This document shows, piece after piece, positions 20,753-32,070 of a stretch of 64,000 nucleotides of DNA. Within the stretch, counting starts at the first letter, position 1. Each line of letters starts with the position of its first letter. The notes under the pieces were generated by a model, which saw nothing but the letters and a program-made list of their open reading frames with translations, was not told the DNA's origin and searched no databases. The stretch spans positions 2,624,001 through 2,688,000 of the forward strand of contig OY762463.1 in NCBI GenBank assembly GCA_963665815.1. The letters are read 5' to 3'. Source of the DNA: Candidatus Cloacimonadales bacterium (GTDB lineage Bacteria; Cloacimonadota; Cloacimonadia; Cloacimonadales; JAIOQZ01). The translations under genes and the position numbers were made by a program.

Positions 20753-20944
20753 GGGTTGAGTTTATATGCTTTGATGATACAAGTAAAAGAAATTATCACC
20801 TATTGATGTAAAGTAATAGCTGACTAAGTGCAGCGTAATATGAGTTTGTTATCCTGAGCAGTTTGTGTTAATTTATCAGGAAACAATAAGACAAACTCAT
20901 CGCATAGTTGAGTTGGTTATCTTGTCAAAATAATGTTTATCAAA

Positions 20945-21220
20945 TTGGAATCCCCCCTTTTTTTCTTAAAAATCTGACTTCAAGAAAATTGGAAGGATTT
21001 TTAGCAGGCATTTCTTAGAAAAATGCACTCTTCATTTTCTTTGGTGCCAAAGAAAACGAAACAAAAGAAAATGGAGAAGTTGATGAAATTGTAAATTTCA
21101 TCGAAAAGCACTCTTTTTAAAATGTATTTCCAGTAAACTGGAACCATAAATTTTTCCTAAAATCCTTCCAAGGCTTCAGGATTTCTTAACGGTTAAATTT
21201 ATTATACAGTAAAAAAGAGA
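20945..21220. mobile_element. Structured MITE-like repeat (right boundary approximate)
   Basis: Starts with the TTGGAATCCCCCC end motif; TTGGAAGGATTTTTAG (20989-21004) pairs with CTAAAATCCTTCCAA (21157-21171); several internal hairpins such as TTTTCTTTG-GTGC-CAAAGAAAA. Confidence 0.55.
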
Positions 21221-21331
21221 AAATGCTATCATCAATGCAAAACAATCATACTTAGTTCAAAGCTATTACATTGATTCATATTTTCCACTGATTTACTGTT
21301 TCAATACTCAAACAAGCTATTCTAATGTTAT

Positions 21332-21393
21332 GAGACCTTTGTATAATTGGGGTAGTTATCAGATCATATTTTCACAGAGAATAAAGTTATTTC
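21332..21393 (+). mobile_element. Partial copy of the IS5-like MITE at 57768-57856
   Basis: GAGACCTTTGTATAA..GGTAGTT..TCATATTT matches the left part of the 57768 element; no right IR found. Confidence 0.65.
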
Positions 21394-21394
21394 T

Positions 21395-22546
21395 CTATTT
21401 GTATTCCTCTGTTACGATAATAAGCTTCTGGGTTTTCTTTCCTCTTAACACTTCCAGTTCTATCTGTTCGCCGATTGTTACATCTGAAACTGCCAGATTT
21501 GCATCCTTAGCGCTTTTCACAGGCATGTTGTCAATCTTGAGAATAATATCTCCGGGTTTCAATCCGGCTTTACCGGCAGGACCAGTTTTCTCTACAGATG
21601 AAACAATTACTCCATCAATTGATTTCAATCCAAGGTACTGCATAATATCTTTTGTTATATCCTGAACTAAAAAACCAAAACGTCGTTTTCTGATTTCTCC
21701 ATAATTAATCAGTTCGTAAGCTATTTTTTTAACTCTGTCAATTGGTAATGCAAAACCAATTCCGATACTCCCACCTGATTCTGAAAATATAAATGTGTTG
21801 ATTCCGATAACTTCACCAAGAATGTTTACGAGTGGACCACCACTGTTTCCCGGATTAATTGCTGCATCGGTCTGAATCATCTTTTTATAGATCTTTCCAT
21901 CCGAATTCTGGACAAAATTACGTTCAAGAGCTGAGATTACTCCAACAGAAACACTGGGTTTACTGGCCTTGATCACTAATGCATAGGGGTTCCCAACAGC
22001 GATTGCCCATTCTCCGATAATCAGGTCATCTGAAGCTCCAAGAGTTGCCACCGGGAGTTTTTTTCCATCAATTTTTATAATGGCTATATCGTTGATTGTA
22101 TCTACACCAATGAGCTCTGCACTATATTCCCTTCCGTCATTAAGTCGAACCTTTATGGAGGTTGCCTCTTCCACAACATGGGAATTAGTTATTATGTGCC
22201 CATCCTGATCAATAATAACACCGGATCCGATAGATTCATCTTCTTTTCTGTATGGTTCAAGAAATCCGAAAAACGGATGATCAAATGGTCTGACATATCT
22301 ACTGCCAATTGTTGTAGTAATAACGTTCACGCTGACAACCGAGGGTTTAATTTTTTTAACCGCATCAGTTATTGTATTCGATCTGCAGGCGTTAAGTATC
22401 TCATTATACTCCAGCCTGGTTTCAGCAGAAGTTTCTCCTGAACCGGTACTTGCAGTCATTTCATTAACTTTCTGAAACCAGTAGAGATTTCCGACAATTA
22501 ACAAAACTACAAGTATACTTAAAGCAATTATTACAACCTTTTTCAT
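21395..22546 (-). CDS. htrA: HtrA/DegP family serine protease with one PDZ domain
   Basis: GSGVII..TNSHVV, QTDAAINPGNSGGPL, C-terminal PDZ, N-terminal membrane anchor. Confidence 0.93.
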   Translation of the reverse strand: MKKVVIIALSILVVLLIVGNLYWFQKVNEMTASTGSGETSAETRLEYNEILNACRSNTITDAVKKIKPSVVSVNVITTTIGSRYVRPFDHPFFGFLEPYRKEDESIGSGVIIDQDGHIITNSHVVEEATSIKVRLNDGREYSAELIGVDTINDIAIIKIDGKKLPVATLGASDDLIIGEWAIAVGNPYALVIKASKPSVSVGVISALERNFVQNSDGKIYKKMIQTDAAINPGNSGGPLVNILGEVIGINTFIFSESGGSIGIGFALPIDRVKKIAYELINYGEIRKRRFGFLVQDITKDIMQYLGLKSIDGVIVSSVEKTGPAGKAGLKPGDIILKIDNMPVKSAKDANLAVSDVTIGEQIELEVLRGKKTQKLIIVTEEYK

Positions 22547-22554
22547 AGTTAATC

Positions 22555-23583
22555 CTAAATTCTTAAATATTTTCTGAGAAGAAGAAATGTATTTTTGAGA
22601 GCATCAAGATGAGTTCTTTCATATCCGTGAGAAGCAAATATCCCAGGTCCTATCAACGCATGTTTAACATTATAACCAGCCCTGATTGCAGCACTTGCAT
22701 CTGATCCGTAATATGGATATATATCTGTTGCATAGGTCAGTTTGTTTTCCTCGGCAAGATTAATCAGTTCTGTTGTAAGACTGTAATCATAAGGTCCGGA
22801 TGAGTCTTTCGTACAGATTGACACACAATATTCATCCGTATCAAGATCATCTCCTACAGCTCCCATATCAACAGCAATCATGGATTTAATATCCTCAGGT
22901 AATCCGGAAGCTGCCCCATGTCCTACTTCTTCATACGCACTGAAATAAAGATATACTTTTCTGCTAAGCTCTATCTTGTTATCTTTAATATATTTTGCCA
23001 ATCCCATTAATATTCCGCTGCTGGCTTTATCATCGAGATGGCGAGACTTTATAAATCCGCTTTCTGTAACAATTGTTCTGGGATCGAATGAGATAAAATC
23101 TCCGTTTCTGATTCCAAGTTTTTTTACATCATCTGCGTTATGGACAACTTCATCAAGAATTACTTCCACATTCTTTTCAGTTCTTTTTGTCTGGTCAGTA
23201 CTCGGATACACATGCACAGCCGGAGTCGTCAGCTGGAATGTTCCGGAATACTCTTTTCCTGAGCGAGTATGTATTGTACAATTCTCAAGCTCAATTGAAT
23301 TTGCCGTGTAAGATCCGATTTTTGTATAAGCAAGTCTTCCGTCGGATTTGATTGATCTTACCATTGCTCCGAGAGTATCGACATGAGCGGCCAGTACAAC
23401 AGGGTCTCCGCTTCCACCAAGTTCACACAGCACAGAACCTTTGTTGGTAAGTTCAGCTTTGAATCCCATGTCTTTAATTGTAGTAAGCAGATATTCAGAT
23501 ATATTATGTGTATATCCCGATGGACTTGGTGTTGTACAAAGCGTTTCTATTTCTTTTACGATATATTGATAAATTTTTTCCAT
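22555..23583 (-). CDS. M42 family aminopeptidase
   Basis: PSPSG, AHVDTLG, SRHLDDK, EEVG, YGSDA and SHGYERTH motifs. Confidence 0.92.
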   Translation of the reverse strand: MEKIYQYIVKEIETLCTTPSPSGYTHNISEYLLTTIKDMGFKAELTNKGSVLCELGGSGDPVVLAAHVDTLGAMVRSIKSDGRLAYTKIGSYTANSIELENCTIHTRSGKEYSGTFQLTTPAVHVYPSTDQTKRTEKNVEVILDEVVHNADDVKKLGIRNGDFISFDPRTIVTESGFIKSRHLDDKASSGILMGLAKYIKDNKIELSRKVYLYFSAYEEVGHGAASGLPEDIKSMIAVDMGAVGDDLDTDEYCVSICTKDSSGPYDYSLTTELINLAEENKLTYATDIYPYYGSDASAAIRAGYNVKHALIGPGIFASHGYERTHLDALKNTFLLLRKYLRI

Positions 23584-23686
23584 GTTTTCTCCATAATTTA
23601 TATTTTATGAGGTTGCGGCATAATATAGTCCCATTGAAACCATCAGTCAAAACTGACTTATTCGGTTATTATGCATAATTCTATGT

Positions 23687-26101
23687 TCATTGTTGTTTTC
23701 CCGTAGGCAGATGAACAGTAACTTTTGTTCCTCTGTCTTCTTCAGATACTATCTCAATAACACCATCATGTTTACTTATAACCGAATGTACTATTGAGAG
23801 TCCTAATCCTGTCCCTTTCTCACTTGAAACTTCCTTTGTAGTAAAATAAGGATCAAATACTTTTGGCAGGATACTCTTACTGATTCCCTTACCATTGTCT
23901 TCTATTGTGATTTTAAGACAATCTTTTATTACATCACCATTATTATAGCCAGGTTCATTTTCTACAAGAATATTTACATTTCCGTCTATTCCAACAGCCT
24001 CTTTAGCATTAACAAGAAGATTCTGGAAGACTTGAGAGATCTGCTCTTCATCAGCATATAAATCAAAAACGTCAGGATCATAGTCTATATTGCATTTAAT
24101 TGATAATTCTCCAAAAATAAGTGAACATGTATCGGTTAACAGTTTATGCAGCATAACCTTCTGTTTTTTGGGTGTTCCGCCTTTGGAAAAAGTTAACAGC
24201 CTGTTTGCTAAGTTAGAAGCCCTTTTTACAGCATCCTCGGAGTTTTTCAGTAAATTATGTATTTGTGTTTCATCCTTAATCATTTTTGCAAATGATATAT
24301 TACCCATTATTATTGATAGAAGATTATTAAAATCATGAGCTATACCACCGGCGAGTGCTCCCAGAGATTCAAGATTACTTATTCTGTTTTTATCTCCTTG
24401 AATTCTCTTCTTTTCAGTAATATCTCTTACAACAGTGAGATAAAGACAAATCTCATCTTCTTCAAGTAAGGTTGATGATATTTCCAGAGTAATAATTTTT
24501 CCAGAATGCGTTTTAACTTCTGTTTCAAAATGAGCATTAAGACTGTTCTTCATAATATTGTCAATTTCATCCTGGGATACGAAATCAAGTGTCTGATATA
24601 AGTCTGCTCCGGCAATCTCTAAAGAATCTATTGAAATTATATCTGAGAAAGTCTGATTACACATTACAATCTTATTATCTTTTACAAGCAGCACACCATC
24701 ATGTATACTTTCTATTAATGTAGTGAATCTGGCTTCAAAATCGGTTAAGGCAGCTTGTACTTTATGTCTTGACTCTATTTCTTTTTTTAACTGTGCCTCA
24801 TTCTGTTCAGACTGTTTAGTGATACTTTTTACAGAATTCTGGAGTTTTTCACTGAGCTTCAGTTTCTTCAGATATTTTGTATAGTATATAATTATCAAAA
24901 GAGTTACAACGGCAGCAAATAAAACAAGAATTACAATTATTAGATATTTTCTTCTGTTTTCCAGTTTCTGAATTTTGTTTTTATTTTTGAGCATATTAAC
25001 TTCATTAATAAGCTGCATCTGAAGTATTTCATCATTATCTCTTATGGAGTTGATTACTTCTTCCTGATTCAGATGCTTTTCGAGATATGATAATGCCAGA
25101 TTGGGTTTATCAATTTTTTTGTACAGAGAATAGAGATTTTCATAAGTTCTGCTAAGCAGTTTTTTATCTCCGATTGCAACTGCTGTTTTAATAATATTTT
25201 CTGCTTCAAGAAGGTATTTTTCTGCTTTTTTGTACTTTTCCCAGTTATAATAAAGAATCCCTATATTTCTCAGAGAACTGGCAATACCGCTTTTCTGATT
25301 AATCATCTGGCGAACTTCAAGTGCTTTTTCATTATATTTCAGAGACGCTTCAAAATCACCAAGTTTGTAATAAGACCATCCCAGATTGTTATAAGCACGA
25401 CTTTTCTTATATGAAGGCGGACCAGACTCAATGATGTTAAGAGCTTTAAAATTAAGAGAATTCACAGTTTCAAATTGTTCCAAATCCATATATACTGTGC
25501 TGAACTCAATCATAAGAATCGCTTTGTCGTCTTCTGAATTAACCTTATCATAATAATGAAGTGCTTTGTTAAACAGATTTATAGAAGTATCGAATTCTTT
25601 TTCCTGTTTATACAATCTTCCCAGAATTCTATAAATTTTTGCTCTTTCTACATAATTATCTTCAGGAAGTTTACTAAGAGCCAACTCATAATATTCCATT
25701 GCACGGGGTACATTATTGAGAGTTGTATAAAGATTTCCAACATTCCGAAGAAAATCATAATCATACTCATCTATTCTATCCTCAATATCCTGTAATGCCA
25801 TAATTGCATATTCAATTGCTATCAGAAATTCTCCAACATGTTGATACGCTCTGGCAATATAGACATATGCATTAATTTCTTCTTTTCTGTTATCTTCTTT
25901 ACGTGCTTTTTCCAGCATTTTGAATGCATATTTCAAAGCTGTTTCAGGTTTATAGCTGATAGTAGTATCCATTAGGCTATCAATTTTTGTCCGGAAATCC
26001 TGAAATGTGAAATTCTGAAACTGTTCCTCAGCATTCAATGAACACCATAAAACACTGATGAGAATTGCGGAAAGCACCTTAAATTTTAATACACAATTCA
26101 T
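23687..26101 (-). CDS. Sensor histidine kinase with periplasmic TPR repeats, a TM helix and a PAS domain
   Basis: TPR repeats ([13 protein letters not shown]), TM segment, PAS, H-box [25 protein letters not shown] and GTGLGL. Confidence 0.92.
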   Translation of the reverse strand: MNCVLKFKVLSAILISVLWCSLNAEEQFQNFTFQDFRTKIDSLMDTTISYKPETALKYAFKMLEKARKEDNRKEEINAYVYIARAYQHVGEFLIAIEYAIMALQDIEDRIDEYDYDFLRNVGNLYTTLNNVPRAMEYYELALSKLPEDNYVERAKIYRILGRLYKQEKEFDTSINLFNKALHYYDKVNSEDDKAILMIEFSTVYMDLEQFETVNSLNFKALNIIESGPPSYKKSRAYNNLGWSYYKLGDFEASLKYNEKALEVRQMINQKSGIASSLRNIGILYYNWEKYKKAEKYLLEAENIIKTAVAIGDKKLLSRTYENLYSLYKKIDKPNLALSYLEKHLNQEEVINSIRDNDEILQMQLINEVNMLKNKNKIQKLENRRKYLIIVILVLFAAVVTLLIIIYYTKYLKKLKLSEKLQNSVKSITKQSEQNEAQLKKEIESRHKVQAALTDFEARFTTLIESIHDGVLLVKDNKIVMCNQTFSDIISIDSLEIAGADLYQTLDFVSQDEIDNIMKNSLNAHFETEVKTHSGKIITLEISSTLLEEDEICLYLTVVRDITEKKRIQGDKNRISNLESLGALAGGIAHDFNNLLSIIMGNISFAKMIKDETQIHNLLKNSEDAVKRASNLANRLLTFSKGGTPKKQKVMLHKLLTDTCSLIFGELSIKCNIDYDPDVFDLYADEEQISQVFQNLLVNAKEAVGIDGNVNILVENEPGYNNGDVIKDCLKITIEDNGKGISKSILPKVFDPYFTTKEVSSEKGTGLGLSIVHSVISKHDGVIEIVSEEDRGTKVTVHLPTGKQQ

Positions 26102-28095
26102 ATATCTTTCAGCTCCATTATTCTGTCTCTTAACTCGGCAGCTTTTTCGAAATCCAGATTTTTTGCTGCTGATTTCATCTCTTTGGTCAGAATGGCAATA
26201 ATTTTTCCTTTATTCTTCAAATCAAGATATTCTCTGAAATCTTCCTTTTTATCCTGCTCAGGTTTTCTCGCAGTGTATTCGGCATATCCTTCTGCAACAG
26301 ATGTTGACTGCATAATATCTTCTACAGATTTCCTGATAGTTTGTGGAGTAATTCCATGTTTTAAATTATAATTGATCTGTTTTTCTCTTCTTCTATTGGT
26401 CTCCTCAACAGTCTGAGCAATAGCATCAGTTATCTTATCTGCATAGAAAATTACTTTTCCTTCAGCATTCCTGGCAGCACGACCGGCAGTCTGAATCAAC
26501 GACCTTGCAGATCTCAGGAATCCCACTTTATCTGCATCAAGTATTGCTACCAAAGATACTTCAGGAAGGTCAAGACCCTCTCTGAGAAGGTTTATTCCTA
26601 CCAGTACATCAAATTCACCAAGTCGCAGTTCTCTGATTATTTTTGATCTCTCTATTGAATCTATTTCACTGTGGAGATAGCGTGCTTTTATTCCTGCATT
26701 ATCAAGGTATTTTGCAAGATCCTCAGACATTTTTTTTGTCAGGGTTGTCACAAGTACTCTTTCTTTGCGGGGAATCCTGATTCTGATTTCTTCAAGCAGG
26801 TCATCAACTTGAGTTGCAATTGGTCGAATAAGAATTTCGGGATCAACAAGTCCTGTCGGTCTGATTACCTGTTCTACGAATACACCCTCAGTTTTGTTCA
26901 TTTCATAATCACTTGGAGTTGCAGAAACGAATATCACCTGATTGATATGATCCTCAAATTCATTGAATCTAAGAGGTCTGTTATCGAACGCAGAAGGAAG
27001 TCTGAAACCATATTCAACCAGATTTTTCTTTCTGGAGTAATCTCCACCATACATTCCGTTAACCTGAGGGATTGTAACATGTGACTCGTCAATTACCAGC
27101 AGGTAATCTTCTGGGAAGTAATCCAGAAGACAGAATGGAGGTGCTCCGGGTTCACTTCCGATGAGATGTCTGGAGTAGTTCTCAATTCCTGAGCAGACAC
27201 CAATTTCTCTGAGCATTTCAATATCAAATTTAGTTCTCTGTTCAATTCTCTGTGCTTCAACAAGCTTGTTCTCTTTCTGAAAATTAAGAATTGTTTCGTC
27301 CAATTCGTTTTTGATAGAAGTCAAAGCTCTTTCCATCTCTTCTTCTGTTGTCAGGAAATGATTTGCCGGATAAACAGAATATTCATCAACATCCTCAATT
27401 ACATGGTTGTCTATAGGATTTATTCGTTTAATTTTTTCAATCTCATCACCGAAAAATTCAACACGGATTGAATGCTCCATATAGGCTGGAAAAATATCTA
27501 CAATATCCCCGTTAACACGGAATGTTCCTCTCTCAAATGCAACATCATTTCTTCCATACTGAATTCCAACAAGTTTTTCCAGAAGCTGATCTCTTTCGAT
27601 GATATCACCAATTTTCAAAGGAATCTGTGCTTTACGGTAGTTCTCCGGTATACCCAGACCATAGATGCAGGATACACTGGCGACAATGATTACATCTCTG
27701 CGCTCCATCAGGGACATGGTTGCCCTCAGGCGAAGCATTTCTATTTCCTTGTTGATATCAGAGTCTTTCTCTATATAAATATCTTTACCGGGAATATAGG
27801 CTTCCGGTTGATAGTAATCATAATAGCTGATAAAATACTCTACAGCGTTATCCGGGAACAAAAGTTTCAATTCTCCGTAAAGTTGTGCAGCCAGTGTTTT
27901 ATTGTGAGACATGACGATAGTTGGTTTATTTATTCTATTTATAACATTAGCAATTGTAAATGTTTTTCCTGATCCGGTAACTCCGAGAAGTGTCTGGTAC
28001 TTTTGCTTTTCTTTAAGCCCTTGAACAAGTTCATTAATGGCTTCCGGTTGATCACCGCGAGGTTCATATTTTGATTGTAGATTAAATCTTTTCAT
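26098..28095 (-). CDS. uvrB: Excinuclease ABC subunit B
   Basis: [31 protein letters not shown] and C-terminal UVR domain. Confidence 0.98.
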   Translation of the reverse strand: MKRFNLQSKYEPRGDQPEAINELVQGLKEKQKYQTLLGVTGSGKTFTIANVINRINKPTIVMSHNKTLAAQLYGELKLLFPDNAVEYFISYYDYYQPEAYIPGKDIYIEKDSDINKEIEMLRLRATMSLMERRDVIIVASVSCIYGLGIPENYRKAQIPLKIGDIIERDQLLEKLVGIQYGRNDVAFERGTFRVNGDIVDIFPAYMEHSIRVEFFGDEIEKIKRINPIDNHVIEDVDEYSVYPANHFLTTEEEMERALTSIKNELDETILNFQKENKLVEAQRIEQRTKFDIEMLREIGVCSGIENYSRHLIGSEPGAPPFCLLDYFPEDYLLVIDESHVTIPQVNGMYGGDYSRKKNLVEYGFRLPSAFDNRPLRFNEFEDHINQVIFVSATPSDYEMNKTEGVFVEQVIRPTGLVDPEILIRPIATQVDDLLEEIRIRIPRKERVLVTTLTKKMSEDLAKYLDNAGIKARYLHSEIDSIERSKIIRELRLGEFDVLVGINLLREGLDLPEVSLVAILDADKVGFLRSARSLIQTAGRAARNAEGKVIFYADKITDAIAQTVEETNRRREKQINYNLKHGITPQTIRKSVEDIMQSTSVAEGYAEYTARKPEQDKKEDFREYLDLKNKGKIIAILTKEMKSAAKNLDFEKAAELRDRIMELKDI

Positions 28096-28502
28096 TTTTT
28101 CTTCTTTTTGTTTCCATTAAATTCCAAGGGAAAAGAAATCCTGAGAAATTTCTTTTTATTAGGAGCAAATTTAATTTCTGCACTGTAAACTTTTAGAAAT
28201 GTATATTCTTCTTTAACGTATTTTCTTATATTCTGTTCATCAAAATATGAAGGAAGTAATTTTTCAAGATAGTGATCAAACAAATATTCTTTTTTCTGTT
28301 TCAGAAGCACGGGTTGTTTGCGAAAATGTCTGCTGTTTTCAAGTCTATACTCATAGTCAAGGATCATCTGGTTTTTTCTCATGTTGTACTCGAGAGAGAA
28401 TATGAAATCAGAGTTCACCATTGATAACCATATAGGAGAGACTTCAGATGTTAAAACCATCGTAAAACAACATGCTATTATTACACTAATCTTTTTTTTC
28501 AT
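28092..28502 (-). CDS. Hypothetical protein, probably exported
   Basis: 136-aa ORF with a signal-like N-terminus; overlaps the uvrB start. Confidence 0.6.
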   Translation of the reverse strand: MKKKISVIIACCFTMVLTSEVSPIWLSMVNSDFIFSLEYNMRKNQMILDYEYRLENSRHFRKQPVLLKQKKEYLFDHYLEKLLPSYFDEQNIRKYVKEEYTFLKVYSAEIKFAPNKKKFLRISFPLEFNGNKKKKK

Positions 28503-28744
28503 AATACAAATTCATAATGTTGAACTAAATCAGGCTACTTTAAAATCATTATAGAAGATATTACATTTTATAAACAAAAAAACTTTTCCCCTGTATTCTA
28601 ACTGATTATTAACACATTATAATCAGCAAAATTCAGTTATTTTATTTACACATTGACGTATAAATATATTTTATGTCCATATAAATTATTAGTTTTTACA
28701 TTAAAAACGTTATTTTACCAGTTAATATTACATAAGGAAAAGAT

Positions 28745-29839
28745 ATGAAAATTATTAAAGTAGTGGATGTTCTTAATCTGATTCACAGTTTTGCAAATCC
28801 TGCACTTGCGTATAAATGGGATAATGTCGGATTGCAGCTTGGCAGTGCAGAACAACCTGTAGACAAAATTTTACTCACCCTTGATGTCACAGAAAATGCC
28901 ATTGCCATGGCTGTAGAAAACAATTATGATCTTATTGTTTCGCATCATCCTTTTATTTTTAAGGCAGTAAAAAAAATATGTGATCCGAGATTTGTCACTC
29001 TGATTAAAAATGATATATCTGTTATAGCTTCTCACACGAATCTTGATGTTGTAAAAGGTGGGGTTAACACTGTTCTGGCAAACAGACTTGGGTTAAAAAG
29101 TCATCAGTTTCTGTCTACATCGCTCGATAGTGAGCTATATCGTTTCGTCATTTATGTACCTGCTGAAAATGCCGATAAAGTTGCAGAAGCTGCATTCAGG
29201 GCAGGAGCGGGAATAATGGATAATTATAAAGACTGTATGAATTACAGCTACGTGCAGGGGCAATTTACACCCCAAGCAGACAGTAATCCAGTTGTTGGTA
29301 AAAACGGTGAAAAAGAGACCATAACTGAGTTGATGATGGAATTTCAGGTAGAATCATTCAAACTGAACAAGTTGCTGCGGGAAGTAAAAAAAGCACACAT
29401 TTATGAAACTCCCGCATATTATGTTTATCCTCTTAAACAGGACAGCCCGAACTATGGTCTTGGTTTGATTGGAGAACTTGATGAGGAAATTTCTCTCAGA
29501 CACTTTGCTGAGTTTGTAAAAAAAGAACTGAATGCTCCAAATGTGAAGTTATGGCCCGGTAATAAAACTCCTGACAAAATGGTGAAGAAAATTGCTGTTT
29601 GCGGTGGTTCCGGATCATCCCTGCTATCACAAGTACATGGTAGAGCGGATGTCCTTGTATCTGCAGATTTTACATACCATACAATTCTTGATTCAAAAGT
29701 ACCGATTATTGATGCTGGTCATTTCCACACGGAATATCCTGTTCTGGATATACTGTGTAACCTCCTGAAACCTCTGGATGTAACTGTTGATATAATGAAA
29801 ATGGATAATCATGAGATAACAAAACTGGAATATATATAA
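28745..29839 (+). CDS. Nif3-like dinuclear metal centre protein (YbgI/YqfO type, with PII-like insert)
   Basis: WDNVGLQLG, SHHPFIF, HTNLD, AH.YETPAY and DAGHFHTE motifs. Confidence 0.92.
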   Translation: MKIIKVVDVLNLIHSFANPALAYKWDNVGLQLGSAEQPVDKILLTLDVTENAIAMAVENNYDLIVSHHPFIFKAVKKICDPRFVTLIKNDISVIASHTNLDVVKGGVNTVLANRLGLKSHQFLSTSLDSELYRFVIYVPAENADKVAEAAFRAGAGIMDNYKDCMNYSYVQGQFTPQADSNPVVGKNGEKETITELMMEFQVESFKLNKLLREVKKAHIYETPAYYVYPLKQDSPNYGLGLIGELDEEISLRHFAEFVKKELNAPNVKLWPGNKTPDKMVKKIAVCGGSGSSLLSQVHGRADVLVSADFTYHTILDSKVPIIDAGHFHTEYPVLDILCNLLKPLDVTVDIMKMDNHEITKLEYI

Positions 29840-29857
29840 GAAGTTGTTTATAGAATA

Positions 29858-29942
29858 AGAATAGGCGTTCAGGGATAACGTCTATTCTTTTTTCCTCTAC
29901 TATTTCTAATACAAAAAAAACCTGCTGAAGGCTCAGCAGGTT
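29858..29942. terminator. Two terminator hairpins between convergent genes
   Basis: AGAATAGGCGTT..AACGTCTATTCT followed by a T-run; AACCTGCTGA-AGGC-TCAGCAGGTT preceded by an A-run. Confidence 0.7.
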
Positions 29943-29964
29943 AAATTTATCATTGATTATGGAT

Positions 29965-30759
29965 CTATTTAACTTCCCTGATACGGGTTTTACTCCAGTT
30001 AATCTTTTCTTTACTCATAATATCTCCTTTTGTCATGATATTATTGAGTGCACTATTTCCATGTTCGTCTTCAATTTTGTCAACATTGTAAAGATTGATT
30101 TTTAACATATTTCTATCTGTCTTCAGCAACATGAAATTGTTTTCTACTGAGAATAGCTTACCCTCGTAAACATCTCCACTTTCCATTGCAACGCTCAACA
30201 TCATTCCTGCAGAAATTACAATATTAACATCTTTTCTTGCATTAGCACTGCTGCCTGCGTTAACATCAATTGAAACATCTCTCATAGTAACAGCATTAAG
30301 TTCTGCTGACATTTTTACAACAGCATCTTCCCCGGGAATAAGTATACCAAGATAGCAGCACAAAATGGCTGTACCAAAGGCTTCCAGGAAGTTGTCTTTG
30401 CCTTTTTCAGTGAAAGTAGCCTGAATAGGGATTTGTGTTCCGTCTACTGCAGCAATAGATGTTGCTTCAATTGATATTTTCCCCGGAAAACCGCAAATCA
30501 TTTTTTTTCTGGCTTTGATTACATTACCATGGGCTTTAGCACCGGCTTTGATTACAACTTTTCCGTCAACTTTAACATCATATTTGTTTATTAAAAGGAT
30601 ACCTGCACCTCTTGATTTTTTAGCACTTGAAACCGGGAAATTAGGTTTTAAAAATACCGGTGTGCCTGCAGGTACTACCAATTCTGCGAATAATGATGCC
30701 CCAAACATAAAAAATGTAAACATCAGAAATGAAATGAAACTCTTAAATTTTAGTGTCAT
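29965..30759 (-). CDS. Secreted hypothetical protein: TrbI/VirB10-like beta domain with a hydrophobic hairpin plus a C-terminal LSM-like domain (tentative)
   Basis: VPAGTPV..DVKVDGKVVIKAGAKAHGNV..GKISI..AVDGTQIP pattern; hydrophobic FGTAILCCYLGILIPGED; VAMESGDVYEGKLFSV. Confidence 0.55.
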   Translation of the reverse strand: MTLKFKSFISFLMFTFFMFGASLFAELVVPAGTPVFLKPNFPVSSAKKSRGAGILLINKYDVKVDGKVVIKAGAKAHGNVIKARKKMICGFPGKISIEATSIAAVDGTQIPIQATFTEKGKDNFLEAFGTAILCCYLGILIPGEDAVVKMSAELNAVTMRDVSIDVNAGSSANARKDVNIVISAGMMLSVAMESGDVYEGKLFSVENNFMLLKTDRNMLKINLYNVDKIEDEHGNSALNNIMTKGDIMSKEKINWSKTRIREVK

Positions 30760-30768
30760 TCTTACTCC

Positions 30769-31569
30769 TTAATTGAAACTGTTTAATAAGTTATTGTATT
30801 GTGTTTTGTTATATTTATCTGCTGACTGCATAGATCCGAAAATCGATCCAGAATGAAAACTGAAAGCAAACACAGAGAACGTATAACCTGCTTCATTATG
30901 GTTATTATCAAAGCTCTCTACTGCTCCGTAAATCATCATGGAATTAACAAGTAATGCAGCAAAACCTGTTTGTGGTCTCCCAACATAAAAGTATCCACCG
31001 CCTGGGAAAAGAGTACCAATCAGTGCAGCAAGATTCCTGTTCTTCTTTTTCAAGGGAGTATTTTCATTTAGTATCTTCAAGTATCTGTGTGCTTTTGGAT
31101 TTTCTTTGACCTTATTCAGTGTGATTTCCGCTTCTTCAAACTTCATTTGGTAAACACTGTTCAGTGAGGAAAGCAATAACAGACTGTCCTTTTGAGTCGT
31201 ATTAATCGTAATCTGGTTACTTATAAATTCTTCTGACAGGTCATACTCATACATTTTAAAATGCAGATAAGCAATTTTGTATTTAGCTTCCCAGTTGTCC
31301 GGCATAAGCTTCAGCGTAATCTTATAGAAATTCATAGCTTCCTGAAAATGCTCTCCTTCTTCATAGCATTCAGCAATTCTAAGGAAGTTAGCAGATTTGT
31401 TGCTGCTCTCGGGAAAATATGAATTAGCTCTTTTATATTCAGTGATAGCTCTGTATAGGTCACCCTCATTTTTTAAGGATTCTGCAAAATGTATCATTTT
31501 CTGTTCATCTGTATCACACAGACTGAAAGTAACTATATTCAATAGTAGAAAACATAAAATATATCTCAT
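30769..31569 (-). CDS. TPR protein with C-terminal hydrophobic segments
   Basis: GDLYRAITEYKR TPR repeats; LAALIGTLFPGGGYFYVG TM2-like motif. Confidence 0.8.
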   Translation of the reverse strand: MRYILCFLLLNIVTFSLCDTDEQKMIHFAESLKNEGDLYRAITEYKRANSYFPESSNKSANFLRIAECYEEGEHFQEAMNFYKITLKLMPDNWEAKYKIAYLHFKMYEYDLSEEFISNQITINTTQKDSLLLLSSLNSVYQMKFEEAEITLNKVKENPKAHRYLKILNENTPLKKKNRNLAALIGTLFPGGGYFYVGRPQTGFAALLVNSMMIYGAVESFDNNHNEAGYTFSVFAFSFHSGSIFGSMQSADKYNKTQYNNLLNSFN

Positions 31570-31943
31570 TATTCCACCGGATCGTAATAATAAATTTTGT
31601 CGTTGCTGTAGATTGTTCTGTAAGTGTGAGTATCATGTCCACAGCGATGCAGTCTGTCAAAGGTCATTAAGAGTCCTTTAAACTTGTATTTTCTGATACT
31701 CTGTCTTGAATATTCTGAACAGGAAGGGAACATTGGACATCCTTCCTGATTGATAGGAGATATATATCTTTGATAGAAATTCAGATACAATTCTGCTGTG
31801 ACCTTTACAGGATTGGTTGATAACTCTTTTTTCACAACATGTTCCTTTTCATAGAATTCCGCAGGAGAATTCATTACTCCATACATACAGCAAGAGATCA
31901 ATAAAAGAGATATTATTATAATTTGCTTTACATTTTGCTCCAT
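31569..31943 (-). CDS. YidD-like membrane protein insertion efficiency factor family protein
   Basis: FYQRYISP, CPMFPSCSEY, DRLHRC and YDPVE motifs. Confidence 0.85.
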   Translation of the reverse strand: MEQNVKQIIIISLLLISCCMYGVMNSPAEFYEKEHVVKKELSTNPVKVTAELYLNFYQRYISPINQEGCPMFPSCSEYSRQSIRKYKFKGLLMTFDRLHRCGHDTHTYRTIYSNDKIYYYDPVE

Positions 31944-32070
31944 GAGTCCTAACTCGCAAGGAGATAGTAACAATGTCAATAAATTTTTAACTTGATATAG
32001 TTTTTGAAATATATAGATTATCTTTAAATCTAAAAATCTTTGTTCTGTTCATTACAACTGGAGGTTCCTG

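Noticed and set aside
21330..21665. 111-aa plus-strand ORF
   Set aside because: It is an antisense shadow of htrA that starts in the MITE remnant
27472..27972. 166-aa ORF and the many other short ORFs nested in or antisense to long genes
   Set aside because: These are shadow frames of well-supported genes such as uvrB, lpdA, meaB and mrr
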